A DNA stretch of 61,393 nt, filler included, from Globobulimina sp. (Eukaryota): assembly GCA_003354225.1 (NCBI GenBank). It is 17 parts of 17 records of this genome, joined end to end, with 100 filler letters (N's around TTAATTAATTAA, not from the genome) between each part and the next. Parts side by side here need not be neighbours in the genome. Positions count along the whole stretch, not along the records: positions 43,416 to 46,931 come from PIVH01002606.1; positions 47,032 to 50,547 come from PIVH01002607.1; positions 50,648 to 54,163 come from PIVH01002608.1; positions 54,264 to 57,778 come from PIVH01002609.1; 13 more parts are not named here. One strand, given 5' to 3'. Both the position numbers and the translations under genes were made by a program. The notes beneath the pieces were generated by a model that was given only the letters and a program-made list of their open reading frames with translations, did no database searches and was not told the origin of the DNA. Shown one piece after another: positions 45,280-56,622 of the stretch. Position 1 is the stretch's first letter. Each line of letters starts with the position of its first letter.

Positions 45280-46569
45280 ATGAGTACAATCAATAGTGAG
45301 TTCAAAGAAGAGTCGGTTGAAATCTATCCATATTCAAAAACATTTGCCACCATAGATTCAGCTCATTTAATATCATTATTATCATGGAATATAATCCACA
45401 AAGATTTTGTTGACCCCAACGATTATACATATGCGTCACCCAATGACCTAGATTGGAATAAAAGACTGCCAAAAATAAAAAATAAAATACTTGATGTCAA
45501 TGCAGATATAGTATGTCTTCAAGAAATCGATAAACATACATTTGGACATGATATCGGTGATTATTTCACCAAAACACATGGCTATACATTCAAAGTAAAT
45601 AATCAAAAAAAAAGTAAAGTTGATTTTTCTCAAGCAATCATGTATAAATCCTCAAAATTTGAATGCGAATATGAGGATTATAGAGGTCGTGCAATGATAT
45701 TATTATTGACAAATAAGTTAGAAAAATCGAAATGTAATAAATGCGGCAATGATAAAAACATATGCATTCATCATTCATTTTTTGTAGTAACAGTCCATTT
45801 GGATTCGCCACGAAAGAATAAAGACAATGAATCAACGAGAATAAATCAAATAAAATCCGTATTAAAACGAATTAATTTATGCGTAAAAGAAACATTAAAA
45901 TTAGATTTATGTTCAGAAATAGAAAATATTCGCATTTTAATCGCAGGGGATTTTAACAGTGGATATGAAAATGCTGCATCACAGCTGTTGTTATGTAATA
46001 ATCACAACACATTTAAACACAAATATACATTTCACGAGGCATATAATGAAGAATTAATATCAGGAAATCATAATTGTCATAGATTATGCTCAAATAATCG
46101 CAATTTACGAATAAAATATTTCCCAACATACGCAGCCATACAAAATATATTTGCAATCGATTTAATGTTTTATACACAGAATAATTTTAAAGTGAAAGGT
46201 ATTACAAATACATTGCCAGAAAAGGTCAAAAGTAAAGTAAATTGGGATAAAACAATGGGTGAAAGAATAAATGAATGGATAGAAAATGATAAAAAAACTA
46301 ATTTAAATGGACAGTATCATTTAGCAAATTATAGTGATATATTATTATTACCAAATCAAGATTTACCATCTGATCATTTACCGCTTGGTGCGATATTTGA
46401 GTTTGATAATATCTGTGATAGGAACAATGATAAAAATACAATATGCAGATGTTGTCTTCCACAGATAATGCCAAAAAATAAAAAGAAACCGAAAGATAAA
46501 CGCAGAAACAATAGAAATAAAAATAACAACAATACAGAGTGGAAATTTCATTCAATGAACAGCTTTTGA
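45280..46569 (+). CDS. EEP-family nuclease/phosphatase (CCR4/nocturnin/Angel-like)
   Basis: LLSWNI, DIVCLQE, VTVHL, IAGDFNS, IDLMFY, PSDHLPL. Confidence 0.9.
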   Translation: MSTINSEFKEESVEIYPYSKTFATIDSAHLISLLSWNIIHKDFVDPNDYTYASPNDLDWNKRLPKIKNKILDVNADIVCLQEIDKHTFGHDIGDYFTKTHGYTFKVNNQKKSKVDFSQAIMYKSSKFECEYEDYRGRAMILLLTNKLEKSKCNKCGNDKNICIHHSFFVVTVHLDSPRKNKDNESTRINQIKSVLKRINLCVKETLKLDLCSEIENIRILIAGDFNSGYENAASQLLLCNNHNTFKHKYTFHEAYNEELISGNHNCHRLCSNNRNLRIKYFPTYAAIQNIFAIDLMFYTQNNFKVKGITNTLPEKVKSKVNWDKTMGERINEWIENDKKTNLNGQYHLANYSDILLLPNQDLPSDHLPLGAIFEFDNICDRNNDKNTICRCCLPQIMPKNKKKPKDKRRNNRNKNNNNTEWKFHSMNSF

Positions 46570-47031
46570 TGTTGTACCTCAAACCAGCGTTTGGTTGATA
46601 TCATTTCTACCTGTTTACTATTGAATTAATTTAAGCGATTTGTGCACTGACTAAGATTCTAAGAGAAAAGTGCTCGAAAGTCCCCACAGTGATGCAATGA
46701 CTAGATCACTTCCAAAAAACGAATAACACTTCAAAACGAGGGAGAAACTTCAAAACGAATAACAAACGATCATATTGGCGTATATTTAATATTTATAATG
46801 ATTAATAATTAATAATTATGTATAAATGTAATAAATTATAAATTGAAAAAAAAAGCAAAAAGAATAAAACAAAGAGAGAGAAAAAAAAAGGAACTGACTA
46901 TGAACAATAAAAATTATAAACACAAAGCAGANNNNNNNNNNNNNNNNNNNNNNNNNNNNNNNNNNNNNNNNNNNNTTAATTAATTAANNNNNNNNNNNNN
47001 NNNNNNNNNNNNNNNNNNNNNNNNNNNNNNN

Positions 47032-47633
47032 CAATAATCACTGATATAAAGACAATATTATATAAAGATGGTCCATCAATGTTATCATCAATGCAAAATT
47101 ATTATTTCCAAGAATTTGGACATCAACAATTTCCATGGGCTGCTACGACCGGTACAATATCTGTATTTTCACATAGTGGAACGGCTCCAGCTAAGCTTAT
47201 CAATGTCCATTTGCCACTAATTATACAATCTGGTAATATCGCATTAATTAAATATGATGCAAGCAAGGCAAAGAAAAATTCATTAATTTTAGGTCTATTA
47301 GGTGTGACAGATATAGTTAATGTTTATTTCCATTTCCCAGCGAATAGGTTTGCTGAAGTTCGTTACAATATCAAAAAAAATTGGGTTTTAGCAAAAGAAG
47401 TAGGAGGTGGTGGATTGGATGGTTACGTTGGTATAAGAAGAGATAATAAATGTGTTAATCAGGTCAGTAATGATATTATTACATGTGATCAAACACAGCA
47501 AACACATGCTGTCATTGTTGGTAACAGCAGAAAATATGGCAGTTTCGATAATTTTCAAGCAATCATTGAAAAATCTGTTTTTGATTCGTCACTAAATCAA
47601 TTGACAATCGATGGCACCACTATTTCTGTTTGA
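47032..47633 (+). CDS. C-terminal fragment of a bacterial-like secreted protein (same family as 49535-50547)
   Basis: Open from the contig start: LYKDGPSMLSSMQNY...GHQQFPWAATTG...LP.I.Q.GNIALI.Y...WV.AKE..GYVG. Confidence 0.6.
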
Positions 47634-47831
47634 TATTGTGCAAGTATACTAACTCATATATATTTATTTAAAAATTTGAAAACTTGTTGAGTTACGTTTT
47701 TTTTTCACTTAAAAATCTCAAACATTCTGTAATTACAAAATTGATTCTTTAGTAAAAACAAAAACATAAATGTTCATAATCCACAGATATTTTGCGCAGC
47801 TCAACAAACAGCAAACAACACTCTTATTCCT

Positions 47832-48746
47832 TTGTATATAATATTAATACAAAATAAACACTTGGTATTACATTCCATGTGTAACATGATAAAAGATTTG
47901 GATTTAGTGTATAATCAGCACCATAAATGCGGCAAACCCGATGGTTATATGTCGATATTTTATTCGCGAGATACGGCCAAACAACACATCAAGAAACAGA
48001 TTGAGGGCACTTTTGTGTTTCGCGTAGCCTCACAAGCAAACGGCTTAGCGATCACATTCAAGAAAGCAAACGGCAAAATATCCAACATTTTATTAAAAAG
48101 ACTATCCGATCGGATTTATACCGTCGGGAAAACACAAAAAAAAACAAATTTATTCCAATTGATTTCTTCCTGCGCCAAATTGAAATATTTATACATCTGC
48201 GATACGTATCAAATCGCCAAAGAATTGATTTTCAATCCCAATAATAACAATATTCCATCACTAACTATGCCGCAATCGTTCACGCAACATACACACAGCG
48301 ATATTTATGCGGATATCGACGCAAAAATGGATGGAAATTTAAATGATATCGATCTGATCCCAGGCCTAGGAATTGAGGAAATTGTGCGTAATTTCTCCAC
48401 TATTTATCCAATTGCAAGTGATGGCGATCAAGGAAATGAATTGAAGCTGAAGCACGAAAATGAGGGTTTGAAGAAAGAAAACATGGATTTGAAGAAGGAG
48501 ATGGAACGCATCAAGAACGAGAATGAGCGATTGAAGCAGTTATTGTTGTGTCGGTATAATAATACGCCGACGTCGACTGCCAATACACCCACACCGACAT
48601 CGATCAGTTCCTTTTCTTCCTCAGAATCGATATCTGCAGTGACGCCGTCTGAATCTGCAGTTGTACCATTTCAACAGAAACAGTTTTGGCAAACAATCAC
48701 GAAATATCCATACGATTTTAATTTATTACCTTTTAAGCCGCAATAA
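47832..48746 (+). CDS. STAT-like SH2 domain protein with coiled coil; 5' end unclear
   Basis: GY..IFYSRDTAKQHIKKQIEGTFVFRVASQANGLAITF (SH2 FLxR-like) and heptads LKHENEGLKKENMDLKKEMERIKNENERLK. Confidence 0.7.
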   Translation: MYIILIQNKHLVLHSMCNMIKDLDLVYNQHHKCGKPDGYMSIFYSRDTAKQHIKKQIEGTFVFRVASQANGLAITFKKANGKISNILLKRLSDRIYTVGKTQKKTNLFQLISSCAKLKYLYICDTYQIAKELIFNPNNNNIPSLTMPQSFTQHTHSDIYADIDAKMDGNLNDIDLIPGLGIEEIVRNFSTIYPIASDGDQGNELKLKHENEGLKKENMDLKKEMERIKNENERLKQLLLCRYNNTPTSTANTPTPTSISSFSSSESISAVTPSESAVVPFQQKQFWQTITKYPYDFNLLPFKPQ

Positions 48747-49268
48747 TTAAATGTATTAATTTTTTTATTACCTATCTACATTCTACAGCTTGTACTTTAA
48801 GTATTACTATTTACAGTAAAATACATTTTTTTTCTTTTTGTTTTTGTTTTGAATGTGTAATTTATGAGCATATAAATTGCGTTTTTCAAGCATATTTTAT
48901 AATAGTTTTTTTTTCTTTTTTATATTGTTATTGTTGTTGTTGTTGTGTTTATGTTGTGCAAAATCCAAATTTATGAGCATTCACAGCTGTCAACATTTGT
49001 TTAGGATTTTAAGCTTCATAGTTTTGTTTTTGCTTAAGCAATTTTGCTGGTTTTGTGAGTTTTGCCGCTTAAGCAATTATGTGTGTGAATTCTTGCCACA
49101 CTTACGATTTTAGAAAATAATTTACGTTTTTGGCAATTTAAAAAGAGCTCCATGATCCACTAACGTCGACTCACAGTAAATTAGTCACTTGACTTTTTAG
49201 GCTTAAACTTCTAAACACTTCTTTTGTGATTGGCAAGGTTTTTGGGTTAGCTAGAGTGGTTTTCAACC

Positions 49269-49321
49269 TAGTATTCGAAGTTGACCTAGGTCATCGAATA
49301 CTAGGTCAACCTCGAATACTA
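49269..49321. repeat. 21-bp inverted repeat (1 mismatch) with 11-nt loop
   Basis: TAGTATTCGAAGTTGACCTAG (49269-89) / CTAGGTCAACCTCGAATACTA (49301-21). Confidence 0.8.
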
Positions 49322-49534
49322 CATTCCAATCTAGAAACGTTATTCGCAGCTGTTCTCAGCTAGAGGCTGTCATAACCCCATAATCACCTATTGATACTTT
49401 TAATTTCCGCTATTTTTAGATTAACTCCGCTTTTTTCACCTACACTCTTAAACTCATTAGCAGCTATCTACACTAGCAACAATAAAGAAATAAAACAAAA
49501 CAAAACAAAGCAAAGCAAAAAAGACCTCTACATT

Positions 49535-50547
49535 ATGAACAAAGCTTTTTTTTTGGCATTTGGTTTATTTATAACCACTTGGTTTATTTATAAGCATCCT
49601 CATTCCTCAACAACTACTGCATCACCAACAACTGCATCCCCAACACCACCAATCAATCACGCATTCAATCAACGACGAGATACGTTTATTGATTCTGTAT
49701 TATCATCGCCATCGACACCGAGCATTGTGATTGAAGCATATCGTAAAGTTCCAATAACACAACCTTTGTTGGATAAAACAATAAATGCATTAAATGATAA
49801 AAATGCAGATTTTAGTTTGATTAAATTGGTTCGAGTCTTATATTTAACAGAGAATAATGCTGTGACACAAAGTATATTGAGTGCAGTTGAACCGTTACAG
49901 CCGTTCTGGGTAACAAAGTTTGACACCGTTCAATATTATTGGACAGAGAATCATATGATAATGTGGTGTTCATCTGCATTTCTTTTAAAACAAAAGTATC
50001 CTTACTTAGATACTGTTGATAATTTAAATGACATTTTGGTGTCATATCTGGAATTAAAAATTAAATCTGGATATTTTGAAGTGAACTCTGCTGTGTATTT
50101 TCCATATACAATGAGTGCACTCTTAAATTTAGCAGATTTTTCTCAAGACGAAAATATAAAAAATTTAGCTGTTGATGCGTTAGAAGTTTTACTATTAGAT
50201 GTTGTGGATAATGTGAATGACAAAGGAGCATTCTATCCGGCACAGGCAAGAAGTAAGTTTGGTAGATATGAAGATACAGATTGGGATACAACAAATGATA
50301 TTAAATGTGTTTTTTTGCTAACTGGACTTGGACCCAAGCAAATAACACCATCGCCAGCAAGTGTTTTTATCGCGAGCACTAATATTGATAATTTGTTGGG
50401 AGTTTTGGATTCCTGGAAAGAAACAATTGATTCAAAAACTGTTGTTCATGGCATTCCATTGAATGAATTTGCAGCATTTGATGATATAAATTCCAAAAGA
50501 ACAATATTTCAAATGAGTGCTGGGGCATTTGCAAATCCTGAATTTTC
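49535..50547 (+). CDS. Anchored/secreted protein with bacterial-like alpha/alpha-toroid (heparinase II/III-like) N-terminal half, 3'-partial
   Basis: Signal anchor and PT linker, then YYWTENHMIMWCSSAFLL and GYFEVNSAVYFPYTMSALLNLADF. Confidence 0.65.
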
Positions 50548-50789
50548 NNNNNNNNNNNNNNNNNNNNNNNNNNNNNNNNNNNNNNNNNNNNTTAATTAAT
50601 TAANNNNNNNNNNNNNNNNNNNNNNNNNNNNNNNNNNNNNNNNNNNNAGCTTATATTATAATTTTAAGGAAATCAATCTTATATAAGCCCATGGGCTTAT
50701 AATAGAAGTTTTAGAGTAATAAATAAAGTATCATCGAGCACGGCTAAAACGTTGTTAAAAACTTAACTCCGTGCTCGATCATACCCGTC

Positions 50790-52043
50790 ATGTCAGCACT
50801 CCAACAAGCTCATTTTTCGCGTCTAAATGAGAAAGGTTTAAGAATAGCAACATTACGCAATGGTGGAGTTGGTTTTTTAATTGGCAGTGTATTATTAGCA
50901 ATGAGGTGTAACAAAGCCAGAAAAAACGAGAAAAGTTGGAACAAATTTAAATCAGAATGGACCAGCTATTTGATGAAATATCCATTATTTCTGGCCACAT
51001 TTACTTTGTTATACAAAACATTGATGAAAATTGGTCGTCAATTATCAGGTTACCGTGGCTTAAACAAACAAACAGGACAGCGATTATTCGGCAGAAAGTT
51101 GGCAATAACAATCTCATCATTCTTTTGCGGATACATTGCCCAATTGACCTCACCCGTATTCTCATGGAATTGGGCATTATATGCATTATTACGCAGTTTA
51201 TTGGGTATATTTCGTTTAATTACACCAACAGATTTAGCACCAAAACCTGCTGATTTATACTTTTTAATTCATGGCGCATTGCCATGGCTAATAACCTATA
51301 ATGTCAGTTTTATCCCATTGTCATATGTCAATTTTTTCAAATCATGCCTGGATGAAAGGCGTGAGCCATATCATTTTATGTATGAGCACAATCATGGCAT
51401 ATTACCCGCTTGTAAGCAAATTATACATTTATTTGACGATTCCTGTTTAAAAACACATTGCAAAGATGGCGTATATAGGTTCAAAATTTGTTTCTTGTTT
51501 TATGTGAAATTTTATTTATTGACATCCTTGTTGGGAGGAATTAATTTTTTAAGAAATTTATTCATTAAAATGCCAATAAAAACTGTGAAAAAAATATTGA
51601 GTCAATCTATTCGATCGTGTTTATTTTTGTTTTTATCATTTCATTTTCCATCGCGGATCCATTGTTTATGGCGATATATATTGATTACATACCATCGGAC
51701 ATTGAGAAAGGATAAGTTTACAGTGATTGCATGCAATCAAATGATGATAATGTTGGTAGTGTCGGCAATATTTGGCACTATGTGTTTAAGATTTGAATTA
51801 TCCGAATCGAAACAATCGGATATTGCATTATTTTCAATTTGGAGACTCATTGAATTGTATATCAGGAAAATTAGAAATTTGGAGACTTACGATTATGATT
51901 ATGAGGATCCAATTTTAGGGAATAGACAACTGCCGGCAATTTTGTTTGGTTCCGCGTGCGGATTATGTGTTTACGTACATCTTACTGATACAAACCAGCT
52001 TAAATCATTGGAACGATCCATAATTAAGTTCTTTTTAGCTTGA
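50790..52043 (+). CDS. TMEM135/PXMP4-like (Tim17 superfamily) membrane protein
   Basis: Multi-TM with PACKQIIH...SC..HC, FYVKFY, RSCLFL, and E..K..DIALF motifs. Confidence 0.7.
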   Translation: MSALQQAHFSRLNEKGLRIATLRNGGVGFLIGSVLLAMRCNKARKNEKSWNKFKSEWTSYLMKYPLFLATFTLLYKTLMKIGRQLSGYRGLNKQTGQRLFGRKLAITISSFFCGYIAQLTSPVFSWNWALYALLRSLLGIFRLITPTDLAPKPADLYFLIHGALPWLITYNVSFIPLSYVNFFKSCLDERREPYHFMYEHNHGILPACKQIIHLFDDSCLKTHCKDGVYRFKICFLFYVKFYLLTSLLGGINFLRNLFIKMPIKTVKKILSQSIRSCLFLFLSFHFPSRIHCLWRYILITYHRTLRKDKFTVIACNQMMIMLVVSAIFGTMCLRFELSESKQSDIALFSIWRLIELYIRKIRNLETYDYDYEDPILGNRQLPAILFGSACGLCVYVHLTDTNQLKSLERSIIKFFLA

Positions 52044-52765
52044 CTGAATTAAGAGTTTTGTTGCGATTAATTGATACCTATTAATTTGTGTTATAATGGT
52101 TCGAAAATCGAAATGATGTTCGAATTCCCTTTTCTATTTTGTCCAAGAGTTACAAAACAAACGTTAAATTACCAAACGATGCCATGGTGTTACGTACAAT
52201 GCGGTCGATCACCATATTCAAATTTGAAATTCATGCAAACGTACGATGCAAGAATTAAGTGCGCATTTTGTTATTTTGTGACAAACGTTTTTGAATTTTA
52301 CCCATGAAACTATTTATTTTTCTGGAATGTACTAATAGCACACCACCCCTTATTATAAGATTGGTTTACGAAAATCCACATTTTTTATTGATTTTAATTG
52401 TGATGTAAATTCTGGTAATTCCTCTGATAATTTATTGAGCCATGATATTATTTGATAATAATCATCAACCAGACAACCACTCGGTTCTCTGGTTTTTCTT
52501 CTTCAGCATTATTTCCATGAGAAAAGTCAGAAGTTACTAAATCCTGTATATACAAAACAGATCAATTAAAAATGTATATTACTTATTACATAAACAGTAA
52601 AATACCGGATATTGTTTCAAAGCAAATTGATTAATGTTCAATGACGTTTTAGATGGATCCTTTTTAATTTCTTCAATCAATTGGCGATATTCATAAAACT
52701 TTAACTCTAAATGTAACTGATTTGTTCATTCTCTTTATTGAATTTAATTTTAAAGCGAAAACATC

Positions 52766-53947
52766 ATGCTTTCAAGTATTGTGTTGTGGGTGATCCAACT
52801 GATTGTTTTCTGCAAATCATGTAGCAATATGGCTGATTGTAGTTATAATGGTATTTGTAATACCACAACGAATATATGTTCATGTTTGGATCAATGGAAA
52901 GGGACTCACTGCGCAGAGTTAAATATTATTGCAGGATCCAAACATGCCGGACTTCGTTTAGTTGATAATGGTTCACGAAATTCAACATGGGGTGGAGCGG
53001 TGGTAAAAGATCCCCAAACTGGTATTTATCATATGGTTGCATCTGAAATTACGTATCATTGTGGAATTAGAATGTGGCTATCAAATTCAATTATAATTCA
53101 TGCAACGACCCATGATTTATTTAATGAACCATTCAAAAAAATTGATACTGTGCAAGGTATATTCAGTCATGAACCTGATATGATGCAAGCATTGGATACA
53201 GGAGAATTTGTTGTATATTTTAGCAATGAATATCCTCCCAAAACAAATGGACAAATACCTTGTACAGATTGTACAAATGGAGTGACATCAAATTATTGTA
53301 AAACTAATCGAGAATATCAAAGCAATGTCACTATGCCATGTCCAACAAAAATGAAATATTCATCATCAACGTGGTCAAATTGGTCATCAATGAATGTTAT
53401 TCCTATGATGGAACCACAGCCATTGAGACCAGCTGATAGCAATTTGGCGTGTTATATATTCCCAAATGGCAGTTTAGTGGGAATTGGTCGATATGCGAAT
53501 GCCAACAGAACTGATGATGATTTGCGTGGATTTTATTTAACAAAAGCTACAAATTGGAAGGATAATAATACATATTCTAATTTTGATATAACATATAAAT
53601 TTCCTCAAGATCCTGGTGAAGATCCTGCCATTTGGTATGATAAAAAATATGATGTTTTACATGCAATTTGGCATTATAATAATCAAACAAATTGGGGACA
53701 ACCTATGGGACTACATACATTTTCAACTGATGGTGGTTTTAATTGGATGGCTTATTATGGAGAATATGCATATCAGAGTTATACTCAATTCATAGATGCT
53801 CCACCAATTAATTTTACTCAGTGTGAAAGGCCACATTTAGTGTTTAATGATGATGGAGCACCAATTGCTTTAACCAATGCTGTGGTACCACCACAACCGG
53901 ACAATGGTGATTATTCATATACGTTGTTGAGACCGTGGGTATGGTAA
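52766..53947 (+). CDS. Secreted EGF-like + five-bladed beta-propeller glycoside hydrolase-like protein
   Basis: Signal peptide, EGF CSYNGIC...CSCLDQWKGTHC, then STWGG, HEP, GEDP and ERPHL motifs. Confidence 0.75.
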   Translation: MLSSIVLWVIQLIVFCKSCSNMADCSYNGICNTTTNICSCLDQWKGTHCAELNIIAGSKHAGLRLVDNGSRNSTWGGAVVKDPQTGIYHMVASEITYHCGIRMWLSNSIIIHATTHDLFNEPFKKIDTVQGIFSHEPDMMQALDTGEFVVYFSNEYPPKTNGQIPCTDCTNGVTSNYCKTNREYQSNVTMPCPTKMKYSSSTWSNWSSMNVIPMMEPQPLRPADSNLACYIFPNGSLVGIGRYANANRTDDDLRGFYLTKATNWKDNNTYSNFDITYKFPQDPGEDPAIWYDKKYDVLHAIWHYNNQTNWGQPMGLHTFSTDGGFNWMAYYGEYAYQSYTQFIDAPPINFTQCERPHLVFNDDGAPIALTNAVVPPQPDNGDYSYTLLRPWVW

Positions 53948-55097
53948 CTTTTGCACGAGAAATATGGTAGAAGAGGGTATAGATATATGAAGTAGATATA
54001 TGAATTTTCTTTAAACTTGATAGATATATGAATTTATATGATAGAAAAAAAGAGAAAATAGCATTTTTCTATCATATTTCTGTCTAAAAAAATATTAGCT
54101 ATTTTCTATATATTTTCTTTCAATTTTCTTTTTTGATTTTTTCTATCATATTTTTAGCATATANNNNNNNNNNNNNNNNNNNNNNNNNNNNNNNNNNNNN
54201 NNNNNNNTTAATTAATTAANNNNNNNNNNNNNNNNNNNNNNNNNNNNNNNNNNNNNNNNNNNNAAATTGGTTGCAATAAACATAAAATAAACAAATAAAA
54301 AAACTAAAAATAAACATTGCAAACTTTATAAGATTGTTAATAAAATCATTCTGATACTTATACTTCAACTTCCATGGTTGTAGCAAGAAACTGGAAGTTG
54401 AAGTAAAGTTGTTGATAAAAAAAAGAAAATAAAAAACTTTTTCCAACTTCTTTGCTCTCTTTCAATGCTTTCGTGGACTTGGTACTCCGCGATTGGATTG
54501 TGTCCTATCTACAGTTGCCTTTGATGTTGATCATCATTGGCAATTGTATCTAATTGCAGCCACTGTCCCACGTTGATTAGAGGCATGCAATTCATGTGTT
54601 GGGTGATCACATGAATTGGCATTGCCAATCACAGATCTGTCCTACCATCATATCGTACCGCGTCCGAAATGAGTTATCGTCGCAATTAATGAGTCGATTG
54701 AGAAATTGGGCAAAATAATGAGTTTTGTCACGCATTATCGCAATTAGTTCGTCGTAATTTGAGTTTGATCGGCGCGGAATGAGTGAATTTATTATACGAA
54801 TTGGGTTGAATTAATCGCGATGCTGATCAAGATCGCCTCAATTCCGCCAATAATGAGTTTTGTAATAATTGTCGGGGAATCTGGAACACTACTGTATTTT
54901 ATTAGGATTATCTGGAACACTACTGTATTTTATTTATAATATCATTATTTTGTATATTTTTTGTTACATTATTCAATATTTTCACAATTTTTTTTGTCAC
55001 CGAATGATTTACTCATTCAGCCCTATCATCTCTTCAACAAAAACTAAAAATCAAATCCTCTGACCTTCGCTACATGTACTGCTAGTATATATATATA

Positions 55098-55334
55098 CCT
55101 ATCCTAACATATCCTAACCTAACTTATCCAATCCTAACCACCTAACCTATCCAATCCTAACCAATCCTAGCTAGCAAAACCTAAGCAATCCTAACTAATC
55201 CTAACCAATCCTAACCTATCCTATCCTAACCAATCCTAACAAATCCTAACCAATCCTAACAAATCCTAACAAATCCTAACCAATCCTAACCTAACCTATC
55301 ATAACATATCCTAACCTAACCTAACCTAACCTAA
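55098..55334 (+). repeat. Telomere-like C-rich minisatellite (ATCCTAACCA / CCTAA)n
   Basis: Degenerate 5/10-bp tandem repeat visible directly. Confidence 0.9.
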
Positions 55335-56120
55335 TTATCAAAGAATAAATATATTATCCCTTGACAGGTCCACCATTTCTTTAATATATTATCTCAAATA
55401 TTATCGATCCGTATATGTACATTTATCAGGAACTCCACTGTACACAGTCTATGTAATAGAAACAGAAATACATTATACAATCGTGTTTCGGGTAAGATAT
55501 ACAGAAATGATCCAAAATATCAAATGGGTAATTTTTATATTATATATAATAAAAAATATATTATCATTGGATCATTTATATATTATCAGTTGGTAATTTA
55601 AAAATTCTGGATCATTGCTGTATAACTTATCAGAAACACGACTCTAACGATAAGTCTAGAATTGTTAGAAAGTTGTAGTTTATATGAATTCATTTCTATA
55701 CATTTGACTACTTGTTAGTTACTCATGTAAGTAAAACATGGTACTTTAACCATCCATGGTACTCGCTATGATATGGAGGACCAGACATAATGCTCAAATA
55801 TGCCTACTGACGGATTTAGACTGACTGTAGTGATAAATGATAGTGCAAGGCTGAAACAACAATCTGGCAGTATTCGTAAAAAATGGTCATATGCGTGGCT
55901 GTACACAAACAGTTCTGAATAGATACAACAAAAACAAACTACAATTTGTATCAGTGTATGATCAATGGTCGTACATTTGATGTGCATTGAAAAAAAAATA
56001 TATTATGGTATCCCAATTATATGATCGATATGTGTTGAACATTGAATGCAAAAATGCAAAAATGCAACGACTCTTGAAAACATATTTGGAAATCCAAAAT
56101 GTATAATATATATATATATA

Positions 56121-56297
56121 TTATTGGATCCTACACGTACATCTTATCGGGAACACTACTGTACAACTGAACTGACACAAATTTTTCTACGTACATTTTT
56201 TCTATGTACAGGACTGTGTATATTTGATCATCTATGTGCAAGACTAATGTATGATCACATGGTGTTCCGGATAAGATGTGCATATAGGATCGAATAA
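56121..56297. mobile_element. MITE-like element with 36-bp TIRs inserted in (TA)n
   Basis: TTATTGGATCCTACACGTACATCTTATCGGGAACAC (56121-56) vs GTGTTCCGGATAAGATGTGCATATAGGATCGAATAA (56262-97), both flanked by TA microsatellite. Confidence 0.75.
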
Positions 56298-56436
56298 TAT
56301 ATATATATATATATTCTGAAAAATAATTTATATTACAAAGAATAAATATATTATCCCTTGACAGGTCCACCATGTTTTTAATATATTATCTAAAATAATA
56401 TAAATATTTACGAAATGTTGGGATAAGTCAGATCTG

Positions 56437-56622
56437 ATAGGTTATGTTAGGTTAGGATTGCTTAGGATTGGTTAGAATATGTTAAGATTAGTTAGGATAG
56501 GTTAGGATTGGTTAGGATTGGTTAGGATAGGATTGGTTAGGTTTTGATAGGTTAGGATTGGATAGGTTAGGATTGATTAGGATTGGTTAAGATTGGTTAG
56601 GATTGGTTGGTTAGGATTGGTT
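56437..56622 (+). repeat. Telomere-like G-rich minisatellite (TGGTTAGGAT / TTAGG)n, inverse of 55098-55334
   Basis: Reverse-complement version of the upstream array. Confidence 0.9.

Noticed and set aside
52330-52720. Minus-strand coding-like fragment with an intron
   Set aside because: Multiple stops and no recognisable family; cannot support a call.
55098-56622. CRISPR array or true chromosome telomeres
   Set aside because: No unique spacers; the arrays are degenerate and internal to the contig.
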